A DNA stretch of 64,000 bases. Origin: Ignavibacteriota bacterium (GTDB lineage Bacteria > Bacteroidota > Ignavibacteria > UBA10030 > UBA6906). The notes below the pieces were generated by a model, which was not told the origin of the DNA, did not search any database, and saw only the letters and a list, made by a program, of their open reading frames with translations. The stretch is from assembly GCA_963837815.1 (NCBI GenBank), contig CAWIOS010000015.1, forward strand, positions 258,774 through 322,773, read 5' to 3'. Numbering within the stretch: the first letter of the stretch is position 1; the number at the start of each line of letters is the position of its first letter. Positions 10,001 through 19,364 of this stretch are shown here, in pieces. Made by a program: the position numbers and the translations under genes.

Positions 10001-10178
10001 GGTGTTGACTCCTGGGAGGGTGTACAATGGTCGGGGTTCGTACAGAAGGAAAAGTACGCGTGGAACCTGCAAATGTCAACAAAAGAAATTCAGGGAATCA
10101 GCGAGGGCGGGTGCAAAAAGAAAAGCCCGGATTTCTCCGGGCTCGTACAGAAATCATCCTCCGTACGCGGAGGGGGGG

Positions 10179-10676
10179 TTATTTGTCCCCCTCCTCGATC
10201 GGCTCGAATGACGCCATCCCTTTGTCCTCGGGATGCTTTCCCGTTATCCTCTCGTACGCAAGCCACGTGCACACGTATTTGACTTGCGGGTCCGACGTGA
10301 ACGTCGCCGTCCTTTCGATTGCGAATGCCCCCCTCTCGCTGCCGATCTGGTCAAGGGCAAGAGCCGCGAGTATCCGGACAGGGCCCTCCTCCTGTTCGTT
10401 CTTGAGTATTGCCATGAGGGGAATGACGCACGACGAATACGACTCCTCGGGCCGGATCCTGTTCAGGTCGCGGACGAGCTGTGCGGCATCCGCCTGCATG
10501 CCGGGGATTCCGCTCTCCAGCGCGGTCACGATGTTCGGCTCTATGAGGTCAACCCTGACCTTCGGAAACGACTCGATGTAGCTCTCGCTCTCCCCCGCGA
10601 AGGCGGGAGCCGTGCAAAGCACTCCGCCGGCCACAAGGTAGAATGCCGCGACAAAATTGTGTTTGTTACACTTCAT
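10179..10676 (-). CDS. Small secreted HEAT-repeat protein
   Basis: It has a signal peptide (MKCNKHNFVAAFYLVAGGVLCTAPAFA) followed by HEAT-like repeats (...VRILAALALDQIG...). Confidence 0.5.
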   Translation of the reverse strand: MKCNKHNFVAAFYLVAGGVLCTAPAFAGESESYIESFPKVRVDLIEPNIVTALESGIPGMQADAAQLVRDLNRIRPEESYSSCVIPLMAILKNEQEEGPVRILAALALDQIGSERGAFAIERTATFTSDPQVKYVCTWLAYERITGKHPEDKGMASFEPIEEGDK

Positions 10677-10943
10677 GACTCCCTCCCGGGTGATGTAAAT
10701 TGTGTATCGGGGCTTCACATCATGGTACGCAGGTGGTAAGGCGGGGTTACAGGGGTACACAACGGCCTGTGTTCTTCGTCAACAGGGAATGTCCGTTCCC
10801 GGCGCGAATTTCAGACGAGTTCCGCAGCCGCGGGGCGAAGGGGGAGAAATGGCCCAATCGTATCAACAGGAGTCGTTTCGTCTGAACAAAATCGCCCGCG
10901 CGACGCCTGGATTACACGCCGGATAGCAGGTTTCTCAACAACA

Positions 10944-11984
10944 TCATTCTTCGTCAATGACCCATGTATCCAGCAGATTCTCGGGAAGTCCGGCGATGAA
11001 CCGGGAAGGTTTGGAGAGGACGAGCCCCGACTCGCGGTCGTAGATGTTGATAGGATACGTGATGAAGAGATTCTGCTGCGCCCTCGTGCACGCCACGTAC
11101 ATCAGCCGTCTCTCCTCCTCCATCGAATCCTCGCTCATCGCCGCGCGGCTTGCAGGGAATCGTCCCTCGAGCGCGTATATGACAAACACCGTGTGCCATT
11201 CGAGCCCCTTCGCGCTGTGGATTGTCGAAAGCACGAGCTTTTCGTCGTCTGTCCCCGGGGCCGTAATGTCGGTGACGCTCTCCGTGGCGGGCTCAAGCGC
11301 CAGGTCGGTCAGGAGCGTCCCCAGCGACCGGTACCGTTCGGTGATCTGCTGGAACATCTCGAGATCCTTCCGCCGCTTGTTGTAATCATCGTAGCGGCGT
11401 TTGAACACCGGCTCGTAGTAATTCAGGAGCATCTGCACCTTGTCGGCCGGAGCAATGTGCGCCGGGCTCGCGTCTTTGAGTATGCCGAACAGGTCGCTCA
11501 CACGGTCCGGGTACCCGGCGAATCCTGTCCAGAACGCCGGGAGTGACCGGGAAGTATCGCCCCCTCCTCCGGATGTTGTCGCACGGCGCGCGAGCACGTC
11601 TTCGATCACTTTCTCCGCCGTCCGCGGGCCCACACCTTCCACGAGGAGAAGTATCCGGTTCCACGCCACCGCATCGCGGGGATTCTCAAGGACGCGGAGG
11701 TACGCCACCATGTCCTTGATATGCGCGGTCTCGATGAATTTGAACCCGCCGAATTTGACAAATGGGACGTTTGCCTTGTTCAGTTCAATTTCGAGATCAA
11801 ACGAAAGGTATCCTGAGCGGAAGAGGACGGCGATCGTGTTGAGGAGGATTCCCTGCTCCCGGAGCTCGAGAACCTTTTGCACGACGAACTTGGACTGGAA
11901 GTTTTCGCTTTCCGCCACCACAATCGTCGGCAGCTCCCCGCCGGGCTTATGCGTGAAGAGCTCTTTCTGGAATTTGTGTCTCAT
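10944..11984 (-). CDS. UvrD/PcrA-family helicase, C-terminal half (domains 2A/2B, motifs IVa-VI)
   Basis: Motif V is TIHSAKGLEWHTVFV and motif VI is LMYVACTRAQQNLFITY. Its N-terminus, MRHKFQKELFTHKPGGELPTIVV, continues exactly where the upstream half ends (compare E. coli UvrD ...GRLGKKLWTDGADGEPISLY). Confidence 0.85.
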   Translation of the reverse strand: MRHKFQKELFTHKPGGELPTIVVAESENFQSKFVVQKVLELREQGILLNTIAVLFRSGYLSFDLEIELNKANVPFVKFGGFKFIETAHIKDMVAYLRVLENPRDAVAWNRILLLVEGVGPRTAEKVIEDVLARRATTSGGGGDTSRSLPAFWTGFAGYPDRVSDLFGILKDASPAHIAPADKVQMLLNYYEPVFKRRYDDYNKRRKDLEMFQQITERYRSLGTLLTDLALEPATESVTDITAPGTDDEKLVLSTIHSAKGLEWHTVFVIYALEGRFPASRAAMSEDSMEEERRLMYVACTRAQQNLFITYPINIYDRESGLVLSKPSRFIAGLPENLLDTWVIDEE

Positions 11985-12919
11985 GAGACTGCTCCCGATA
12001 TCGCCCGGATGTAGTCAGGTGTTGTTCCGCAGCACCCCCCGATGAACGATGCCCCGGCGTCTACCCATTGACTTGCAAGCCCTGCGTACTGTTGAGGGCT
12101 GACATCCCTTCTGAGGCCCGCCCCCTGTTCCTCGCCGGTACGTCCGACGTTCGCATAGACGCCGACGTGCAGTTTTCCGCCGGCATGAAACTCATCGAGC
12201 GCAGACAGCATCGCGGTCAGCGGACGGCCGATCTCGTCTGCGGACACGCAGTTGATTGACAGCGCCGCAGGTGAAAGAGCCGCGACCTGTCGTACCGCTT
12301 CTGCAATCGGCTCGCCGCCGAACAGCGGGCCATCCGGCATGCAGAGAAAACTGACGACGTACTCCAACCCGGTTTCACGCGCGGCACGTGCGGCCGCAAG
12401 TGCCTCCCGTATCGTCCCCATCGTCTCGAGAAGAAGAAAATCAACTCCTGCATCTTTGAGACGCGCGGCCTGCTCACGATGTTCGTCTCGCAGTGCCGGG
12501 TCCGGGGGGACCAATTCCGCATGATAGCAATCCTCGAGCGGCGCGATGGAGCCTGCAAGAATCACCCGCCGGTCAGGAAACGACGTGATCGATTCCCGCG
12601 CAATCGTCACCGCGAGCGCCGTAAGCTCCGCCGATCGGTCGGGGAGCCCCGCCCCCCGGAATGTTCTTCGCGTCGTCCTGAACGTATTGCTCGTGATGAT
12701 ATCCGCCCCTGCCCTTATGTAGTCGTCGTGTATCTGCCGAACGGTTCCCGGCGAGGCAACGAGCGCGTTGGCAGACCAGAGCGGGAGGGCCGTCGCGACT
12801 CCCCGCCGCTCCAGCTCCGTCCCCATCGCCCCGTCGAGTATCGCCGGCTTCCGCTCTGCGAGGAGGCGTGCAAGCGGTCCCGTTCCGGTTTCACTCCCGT
12901 GCGCGGCGGAGGATTTCAT
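11981..12919 (-). CDS. Homocysteine S-methyltransferase family protein (MmuM/BHMT-like, Pfam S-methyl_trans)
   Basis: It has the LDGAMGTELERRG motif and the Zn-binding GGCCGTTPDYI motif. It is in a different reading frame from the two helicase halves and overlaps both junctions (by 29 nt and 4 nt). Confidence 0.8.
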   Translation of the reverse strand: MKSSAAHGSETGTGPLARLLAERKPAILDGAMGTELERRGVATALPLWSANALVASPGTVRQIHDDYIRAGADIITSNTFRTTRRTFRGAGLPDRSAELTALAVTIARESITSFPDRRVILAGSIAPLEDCYHAELVPPDPALRDEHREQAARLKDAGVDFLLLETMGTIREALAAARAARETGLEYVVSFLCMPDGPLFGGEPIAEAVRQVAALSPAALSINCVSADEIGRPLTAMLSALDEFHAGGKLHVGVYANVGRTGEEQGAGLRRDVSPQQYAGLASQWVDAGASFIGGCCGTTPDYIRAISGAVS

Positions 12920-13880
12920 TTGTAAGGTTCAGTATCGGCTGGGTGCTCCGGTAATTCTCCTCGAGCTTGACAAGCGTGCATCCCGGAAATGCTTCCGGGA
13001 AGTCGAGTATGTTCCGGATGGTCGCCCCGCGGAATGAATAGATCGACTGCGCGTCGTCCCCCACGACCATGATATTCCCGTGGGAGGAGGCGAGGAGCGA
13101 CACAATCTCCGCCTGTATCTTGTTCGTGTCCTGGTACTCGTCCACCATGATGTAGCGGAACCGGTCCGAAATCGTCCGCCGCACCCTGTCGTTGTCGCGC
13201 AGGAGTTTCCTGAGGTAAATCAGAAGGTCGTCATAGTCCATCATGTTATGACCGGCCTTGTATTGTTCGAATGCAGACTGGAGCTTCAGGATTTCATCCA
13301 GGTAGTCCTCATAATGCGGGTAGTCCTCTTTCAGTATGTCCTTGACCGGTGTCAGCGTGTTCACCGCGCGCGAGAAAATGGTGTACAGCGTCTGCTTGCG
13401 CGGGAACCGCTTCTCTTTAGTGTCGTACTTGTGCTGGGTGCGGAGGAGATTGACGACGTCCTCGGCGTCCCCCTGGTCGAGTATCGAGAACGACGAATCG
13501 AAATCGAGGAGCGGCGCGTACTGGCGGAGGATGAGGTTGGCGAACGAGTGAAACGTCCCGCCGGCGACCTTCTCGCAACGGGCGTCGAGGAGCATGGAAG
13601 CGCGGCGAAGCATCTCCTGCGCCGCGCGCCGGGTGAACGTCAGGAGGAGGATCGACTCGGGCTTCACGCCGAGCTCCACGAGATACGCGACCCGGTACGT
13701 GATCGTGCGCGTCTTCCCCGTGCCGGCCCCGGCGATGATAAGGTGCGGCCCGTTCACCGAGGAGACCGCCTGGTACTGCGCCGGGTTGAGCTGGTTCTTG
13801 TAGTCGATCCGGAAATGCCGCGGGGGCTCCGGTTCCGGAGCGTCCTTGAAGAGAGATTTCTTGAGCGTGTATTTCTTCAT
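12891..13880 (-). CDS. UvrD/PcrA-family helicase, N-terminal half (motifs I-IV)
   Basis: Motif I is AGAGTGKTRT, motif II is MVDEYQDTN, motif III is VVGDDAQSIYSFRGA, and motif IV is ENYRSTQPIL. It ends with ...NEILRRARE. Confidence 0.85.
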   Translation of the reverse strand: MKKYTLKKSLFKDAPEPEPPRHFRIDYKNQLNPAQYQAVSSVNGPHLIIAGAGTGKTRTITYRVAYLVELGVKPESILLLTFTRRAAQEMLRRASMLLDARCEKVAGGTFHSFANLILRQYAPLLDFDSSFSILDQGDAEDVVNLLRTQHKYDTKEKRFPRKQTLYTIFSRAVNTLTPVKDILKEDYPHYEDYLDEILKLQSAFEQYKAGHNMMDYDDLLIYLRKLLRDNDRVRRTISDRFRYIMVDEYQDTNKIQAEIVSLLASSHGNIMVVGDDAQSIYSFRGATIRNILDFPEAFPGCTLVKLEENYRSTQPILNLTNEILRRARE

Positions 13881-13901
13881 TGCCTTCCGGCGGAATCCCG
13901 C

Positions 13902-14898
13902 TTACAGCGTCTCGACGGGGTACTTGTCGATCAGGTCAAGTATTGCCTCGATCGTCTTCGGTGAATTTCCCTCTGCCCTGTTGTTCACGTACGCGTAGAG
14001 CTGGCGCCCTTCGGCGACGCACCGCCGGACTGTCTCCGCAAGCCCCTGGCGGAGTTCGGGGTTTTCCTCTTTGATGGATTCGTACGGCTGGAAGAGATCC
14101 ACGGCCTCCTGATACGTTCTCCCGGGTTTCAGCAGCGCCCGCGCCACCGAGAATCTTGCGCTCAAGACGCCCGAGAGCTGAATCTGCTCCATGATCGGCG
14201 GCATCTTCGTCCAGCTGTTCAGGACGTGTGCGGCGCCCCTGTCGGCAAGCATCGTAAGGTAGTCGCCCGTCAGGTACTCCCTGTTCCGTATCTCGACCGC
14301 GTACGAGAACTCCTTCGGGAGGCGGGCGAGGAAGTCGTCCATAAGCCTGAGAAACTTTTCGTACGTCACCCCCGAGTTCGGATAGAACGCCGAGAATTCG
14401 AATATGATCACCCCGCGCTTTTTCCGCAGAGACTCAACCGGGCGGAGAAACGCGTCTTCGAAGAGCTCGAGATTCAGGAAATCCGGGTTCTCCCGACCGG
14501 CATTCGCTCCGTGACGTGGCAGGTTCGGATAGCGCCTGACGGTGATACGGTCGGTCACCTTCAGCGACAGCCTGAAATCATCCGTGGTGCTGTCATGGAT
14601 GATCTGCATCTGGTGCGCGTCCGGGAAATCATAAAGCGCGAAATCGGCGCACACGGTCGGGAAAAGACTGGAGTACTCGGTAATACATTCCCTCGCAAAC
14701 GCCTTCTTCGACGGGTACGCCCTGGTGTAGACAATCCCCTGCCACCCCGGGTACTTCCACGACGAAGACCCGAAATAGATCCCCCTGCTCGCCCAGCGGT
14801 GAAGCCGTTCGCGGTTGCGCTCGACGTACGGGGACTCCGGCGCAGTGACGTCGTCGAAGAGCGGGAGCGTATCCGGAGACTGTTTCTTCTTCGCCATG
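13902..14898 (-). CDS. DUF72 (YecE/UPF0759) family protein
   Basis: The start is MAKKKQSP. It has the family motifs ...IYFGSSSWKYPGWQGIVY... and C-terminal ...LYAYVNNRAEGN. Confidence 0.75.
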
Positions 14899-14982
14899 CC
14901 CCAATATAACACACCGGTGAGGAAAAAGAAAAAGCCCGCCGGGAGCGCCGGCGGGCAGTAGCGATGCGTCAGGCGAAAATGA

Positions 14983-15763
14983 CTACCGCAGCGACGCAAG
15001 CCCGAAAACTTTGACCAGGGTCCAGAGTACCCAGAGCGCGAAGACAAGCACGAGCACCTTGGGCGTGTCCTTCTGGAAAAGGCGCGCGAGTCCGATCCCC
15101 GTCACCGCAAGCGTCCAGAACGTGAACACGTTCACCGAAGCGGCTAGAAGATGCATCTTGTTCTCGAGGGAGAAGTCGGAGACAAACAGCGCGAGGCTCG
15201 GCGAGGCGAACATCGAGCTCATGCCGATTGCCAGGATCGTCGTTACGACGCTTTCGATCATCGAGATGAAGAACGTGAGCCCCACCACCTCGACGACCTT
15301 CATGTACGGTACTGTCGCCTTCATCACCCCTCTTCCGAGTAGCCAGAACACGAGGCCTCCGAGGAACAGCGCGAAAAACGGCCCGAGGATGGCGCTGACG
15401 TACGAAAATATGAGTGTGCCGGTCTGTCCCATTCCGGCCATCTGGTCGCGGGCCTGGCTCGCCTGCTCCTGCGTCATTTTGCCCGCCGCGATCTGCTTCT
15501 GCAAGCCTTTTTCCATCTGCTCGCTTGCCATCCGTTTCATCTGGTCTGAGAGAACGGGATTGCTCGTCATCAGGTACGCCATGATGATGCCGACGACGAC
15601 GAGTACCAATGTCGGAATCACCCAGTTGCTGCTCGTCGGAGGGGTTTGCCGGACATTGTCGAACAATTCTGAAGGTGAGGCAAACACGCCGACGAGTTTA
15701 TCACTGAACGACATCGGCTTCACCTCTTCCGTCGGGGCAGCCTGTACCGGAGTTTCGCTCATG
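14983..15763 (-). CDS. Yip1-domain integral membrane protein
   Basis: It has five predicted TM helices and a Yip1-like organisation. The likely start is MSETPVQ, with AAGGA 9 nt upstream. Confidence 0.55.
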
Positions 15764-16110
15764 GGAGGGGATCCTTCTTGTGTGGGGGTGTTCGGGACGG
15801 GAAAAATGTACAAAACGGAACACTGAGAAGAAAGGCGGAAAAAAACGGAAAACAACACGCCGGCACCCCATCCTGCCGGGGGACAGGACGGGGTGCCCGG
15901 CTTGCCGTCGTCGTGCGGTCCGTGGAAGCGGCGGGTCGGCGGCGGCGGAACGACGTTCTCCCCGGCCCCCCTCCGGTGCCGGGGTGCCGGTACAGGTAAC
16001 TACATGTTTCTGCGGACGTTTGCGAGATCGGATGGAATTTATTTTTATGCGGGAGCTCTCCGCGCGTTGTCCCTCAACGACTTCACAAGTTTTCCCCGGG
16101 AACGCACACG

Positions 16111-16160
16111 ACAAATTTGTTGTCTGATTATTGACAACACGACAAAAATGTCGTATCATT
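16111..16160 (+). promoter_or_regulatory. Promoter (TTGACA-N18-TATCAT) overlapped by three palindromes: ACAAATTTGT, GTTGTC-N8-GACAAC and ACGACA-N4-TGTCGT. This is a candidate damage-response (LexA-like) operator.
   Basis: Read directly from the sequence at 16111-16160. It lies immediately upstream of the Zn-ribbon/dinB/polB cassette. An RBS, AGGAGGTGAA, sits at 16204-16213. Confidence 0.5.
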
Positions 16161-16216
16161 TTTCCGGGCCCCGCGCCCCCGAACTATTAATGTTTCGCCG
16201 AACAGGAGGTGAACCC

Positions 16217-16471
16217 GTGATCCGCACCGAACTGCTGTATGTCCTGTCGCCGGCGGAATGCTGCGTGTGCGAGCGGACATTGAGCGCCCGCGAGCTGGAG
16301 GAATTTTACGGAATGGCGGACGACACGCTGAGGGGAGACATCCAGTGTCCCTCCTGTGCCCTCCACACCCTGACACTGTGCCGCGAATGTTCATGCCGCT
16401 ACACGGCGGACCCGGGTGGCGTGTGCGGGGAATGCCAGAGACACGACTATGCGCACATTCTTTCTTCTTGA
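16217..16471 (+). CDS. Small Cys-rich zinc-ribbon protein (about 84 aa)
   Basis: It has a GTG start with a strong SD. There are four Cys pairs (CCVCE, CPSC, CRECSC, CGEC). It overlaps the dinB start by 23 nt. Confidence 0.45.
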   Translation: MIRTELLYVLSPAECCVCERTLSARELEEFYGMADDTLRGDIQCPSCALHTLTLCRECSCRYTADPGGVCGECQRHDYAHILSS

Positions 16472-17672
16472 CATCGATTGTTTCTTCGCCTCCGTCGAAA
16501 TGGCCCTGCACCCTGAACTCCGCGGCAAACCGCTGTGCGTCGGGGGACTGCGCACCGACAGGGGAATCGTCGCGTGTCCGAACTACGAGGCACGGAAATA
16601 CGGCGTGCGTACCGCCATGCCGTTGCGTACCGCCGCCCGGCTTCTTCCGTCGCAGGCGGTATTCATGCGCGGAAGCTACCGGCTCTACGGCGAATATTCG
16701 GAAAAAGTCATGACGATACTCCGGGATTTCACCCCCGACATGGAACAGGTGAGCGTGGACGAAGCGTACATGGACGTGACCGGGTGCCTGCATTTCTGGG
16801 GACACGACCCACGGCGCATGGCGGAGGCGATGAAGGAGCGGATATGGCGCGAATGCGGGCTGAGCGTTTCGATCGGCGCTGCATCGAACAGGGTATGCGC
16901 GAAGATCGCCGCCTCCGTGAACAAGCCGGACGGGCTCGTCGTGATACCGCCGGGGGCCGAGCGCGAGTTCCTGGATCCGCTCCCGGTGGAAGCCGTTCCC
17001 GGCATCGGTCCCCGGACGCTTCCGCATCTCCACACGCACGGCATCAGGACGGTGCGGGAGGCCGTGACCTACGTCGAGCGCAACACGCGTGCGACCGGAC
17101 AGTATCCCCCCCTGCGCGAGGAACGGCTCCGCACGTTTTCCCTCTGCTCCTTTATCGCCTCATGCGCCCTCCCGTCCGACGAGGCGATACTTCCGCACGA
17201 TCACGTCGAGAAATCGATTTCCCGCGACAGGACATTCGGTACGGACACCGCCGACAGCGAGCGCGTGAGCGCCACGCTCTACTGCCTCGCGGAACGCTGC
17301 TGCAAGACGCTCCGGCAGGATGAGCTCCTTGCCTCCACCGTCACCGTGCGCGTGCGGTTTGCCGACTTCGCGACGGTGCAGAAACAGTCCACGCTCCCCC
17401 GTCCCTCGTCGAACGAAGAAGACGTCTTCGCCGCCGCCCGGCGGCTGCTCGCGGCGCTTTCCGCGCCGGGGCAGCTCGTCCGTCTTGTCGGCGTGAAGGT
17501 GTCCAATCTGTCGGGGGCGGAAGAAGCCCAGCTTGACCTCGGCGTCACCGCCTCGGAAAAATTCGGCGCGCTCCACCGGCGGCTGGACGGCCTCCAGACC
17601 CGGTACGGGTACGACAGCATCCGCTGGGGGATCACCTGCAATGCGGCGGAGCGGCGGGAGGAACGGGAATGA
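16449..17672 (+). CDS. dinB: DNA polymerase IV (Y-family translesion polymerase)
   Basis: The catalytic residues are present in LLDIDCFFASVEM and SVDEAYMDVTG. Other DinB motifs are GIVACPNYEARKYGV and GIGPRT. Confidence 0.9.
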   Translation: MRTFFLLDIDCFFASVEMALHPELRGKPLCVGGLRTDRGIVACPNYEARKYGVRTAMPLRTAARLLPSQAVFMRGSYRLYGEYSEKVMTILRDFTPDMEQVSVDEAYMDVTGCLHFWGHDPRRMAEAMKERIWRECGLSVSIGAASNRVCAKIAASVNKPDGLVVIPPGAEREFLDPLPVEAVPGIGPRTLPHLHTHGIRTVREAVTYVERNTRATGQYPPLREERLRTFSLCSFIASCALPSDEAILPHDHVEKSISRDRTFGTDTADSERVSATLYCLAERCCKTLRQDELLASTVTVRVRFADFATVQKQSTLPRPSSNEEDVFAAARRLLAALSAPGQLVRLVGVKVSNLSGAEEAQLDLGVTASEKFGALHRRLDGLQTRYGYDSIRWGITCNAAERREERE

Positions 17673-18574
17673 TCGCATACGGCGACGACCCGGGGGAGCA
17701 GCTCCTTCCCCGCCTCCGTGCATGGAGGAGGCACAGCATCCATATCGGTCTCTCCCCCCGTTCGTCCGCGTTCTGGAGCGGGCTGCTCTACCGGGAGCCG
17801 CGCGGGGTCATACGGGAATATGCCCGGCTCTTCGACACGGCCCTGCTCCCCTGCGACCGCCGGTGCGGGCCCGATCCCGTGCTCCTTGCCCGGATGAATG
17901 GACAGGCCGGGGACGGCTTTGCATGGACGCTCTTCATCGACGACGGACCGGTGGTGTACCGGTTTCCGTACGGGCATCCCGACAGGAAAGCGCGGGGGGA
18001 AGTCAACCCGCATTTCCTTGACCCCGGGTGCATTGCCGGAACGTTCACGCCCGTGGCGCGGATTCTGGGGTCCTCCGTCCGTCTCGTGATGCTGAAGATC
18101 GGGAACGTCTGCAGGACTGAAGCGATGGATTTCGACGGATTCCTCCGCGCGCTCCTTCCCTGCCTCGACGCGCTCCCCCCGGCATACAGCTACGCGGTTG
18201 AAAACGGCACGTCCCGGTTCATACTGCCGGAGTACCTTGGAGCCCTGCGCGAGCGGAACATCATTCACGTGCCGGCGCCCGTTCCGCTTCTCGACGCCCT
18301 CCGCATCCCCGGCGCGTTCGGGACCGGCACCTGCGTGCTGCGCACGGCGTGCCTGGCGATGGAGGAAGAAGGAGAAGAATGGGCGGGATTCCGCGAGGCG
18401 GTCCGCATCTGCATCGGAGAAGAAAAGACGCTCTACGCATATCTCACGGATGGGGAAGAAACGGCGGTGTCCCCGGCGCCGGGCGGGACCGGCGCGCGCG
18501 CGCTCACACGTCTCCTGGCCGGGCTCGACCCCGAACTCGCCCGCCGCTCACCCATACGACGAAAAGCCGCGTGA
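17669..18574 (+). CDS. DUF72-like protein (divergent paralog of the 13902-14898 gene)
   Basis: Its start overlaps the dinB stop by 4 nt (ATGA-type overlap). It has IHIGLSPRSSAFWSGLLY, corresponding to IYFGSSSWKYPGWQGIVY in the paralog, and the C-terminal LYAYLTDGEE, corresponding to LYAYVNNRAEGN. Confidence 0.5.
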   Translation: MIAYGDDPGEQLLPRLRAWRRHSIHIGLSPRSSAFWSGLLYREPRGVIREYARLFDTALLPCDRRCGPDPVLLARMNGQAGDGFAWTLFIDDGPVVYRFPYGHPDRKARGEVNPHFLDPGCIAGTFTPVARILGSSVRLVMLKIGNVCRTEAMDFDGFLRALLPCLDALPPAYSYAVENGTSRFILPEYLGALRERNIIHVPAPVPLLDALRIPGAFGTGTCVLRTACLAMEEEGEEWAGFREAVRICIGEEKTLYAYLTDGEETAVSPAPGGTGARALTRLLAGLDPELARRSPIRRKAA

Positions 18575-18578
18575 CGTC

Positions 18579-19364
18579 ATGACCACCGATCCGCCCGTTC
18601 CGTACACGCAGCTCGTGCAGCAATTCAAGTCCGCCCCGCCGGGAAAACTGTACTGCATTCACGGTACGGGGGGCGTCTTCCGCATCTCCCTTGCGGCGGC
18701 GGCGCACGTGCTCCTGGGCGGCATGCCGGTGACGCTCGTGGACGGCACGAACCGGTTCGACGCGTACTACCTCGCCGAGTTCGCGCGGAAACACGCGGGG
18801 GTGCGCCCGGACGGGAGGAGGATCACCCCGGAGAGCCTGCTTGACAACATATTCATCTCCCGTGCGTTCACCTGCTACCAGATGGAAGCCGTGATCACGG
18901 AGCGCCTCCCCCTTTTCGTCCGGCAGAAGGGCTCCCCCGTCGTCATCATATTCGGCCTTCTCGACACGTTCTACGACGAGCAGGCGCCGCTCTTCCAGGT
19001 GAAAGCGGGACTGGAGAGGATTGCCGTCGCACTCCGGGCTCTCAAACAGGACCAGATCGCCGTGCTTCTGGCCTCGCTGGACGTGAAGCTCGACTCGAAG
19101 GAGCGAAACGCGCTGTTCCCGCGCATGATGGCGGTCATGGATCGCGTGTACCGACTCGTCGGGGACGCGGGGAGCCAGCGGCTCCTGCCGGAGATTCTCA
19201 CCGGGGCAACCGGCGCACGGGGGGAAAAGAACAGTCATACGACAAAGGAGGGCGCATTCCATGGGACGGACCGTACCGACGTTCACGATGGTCATCCAGC
19301 AGGAGATGGAAAGCTGGGGAAAATTCCGGCGCGGGCTGCGCAGGGAAGACCAGGAGGCGCTTGA
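18579..19364 (+). CDS. RecA-fold protein with a degenerate P-loop (ImuA/SulA-like)
   Basis: The start is MTTDPPVPYTQ, 4 nt after the upstream stop. It has the degenerate Walker A GTGGVFRIS (no GKT/S), a Walker-B-like hydrophobic strand VVIIFGLLDTFYDE, and a low-complexity C-terminal tail. Confidence 0.5.
   Translation: MTTDPPVPYTQLVQQFKSAPPGKLYCIHGTGGVFRISLAAAAHVLLGGMPVTLVDGTNRFDAYYLAEFARKHAGVRPDGRRITPESLLDNIFISRAFTCYQMEAVITERLPLFVRQKGSPVVIIFGLLDTFYDEQAPLFQVKAGLERIAVALRALKQDQIAVLLASLDVKLDSKERNALFPRMMAVMDRVYRLVGDAGSQRLLPEILTGATGARGEKNSHTTKEGAFHGTDRTDVHDGHPAGDGKLGKIPARAAQGRPGGA

Noticed and set aside
11981-12919. The insert between the helicase halves as an intein or group II intron
   Set aside because: The insert is in a different frame from the helicase and encodes a complete homocysteine S-methyltransferase. 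It has no Hint, LAGLIDADG or reverse-transcriptase features.
16128-17039. 303-aa minus-strand ORF overlapping dinB
   Set aside because: DinB on the plus strand has catalytic motifs. The minus-strand translation is low-complexity.
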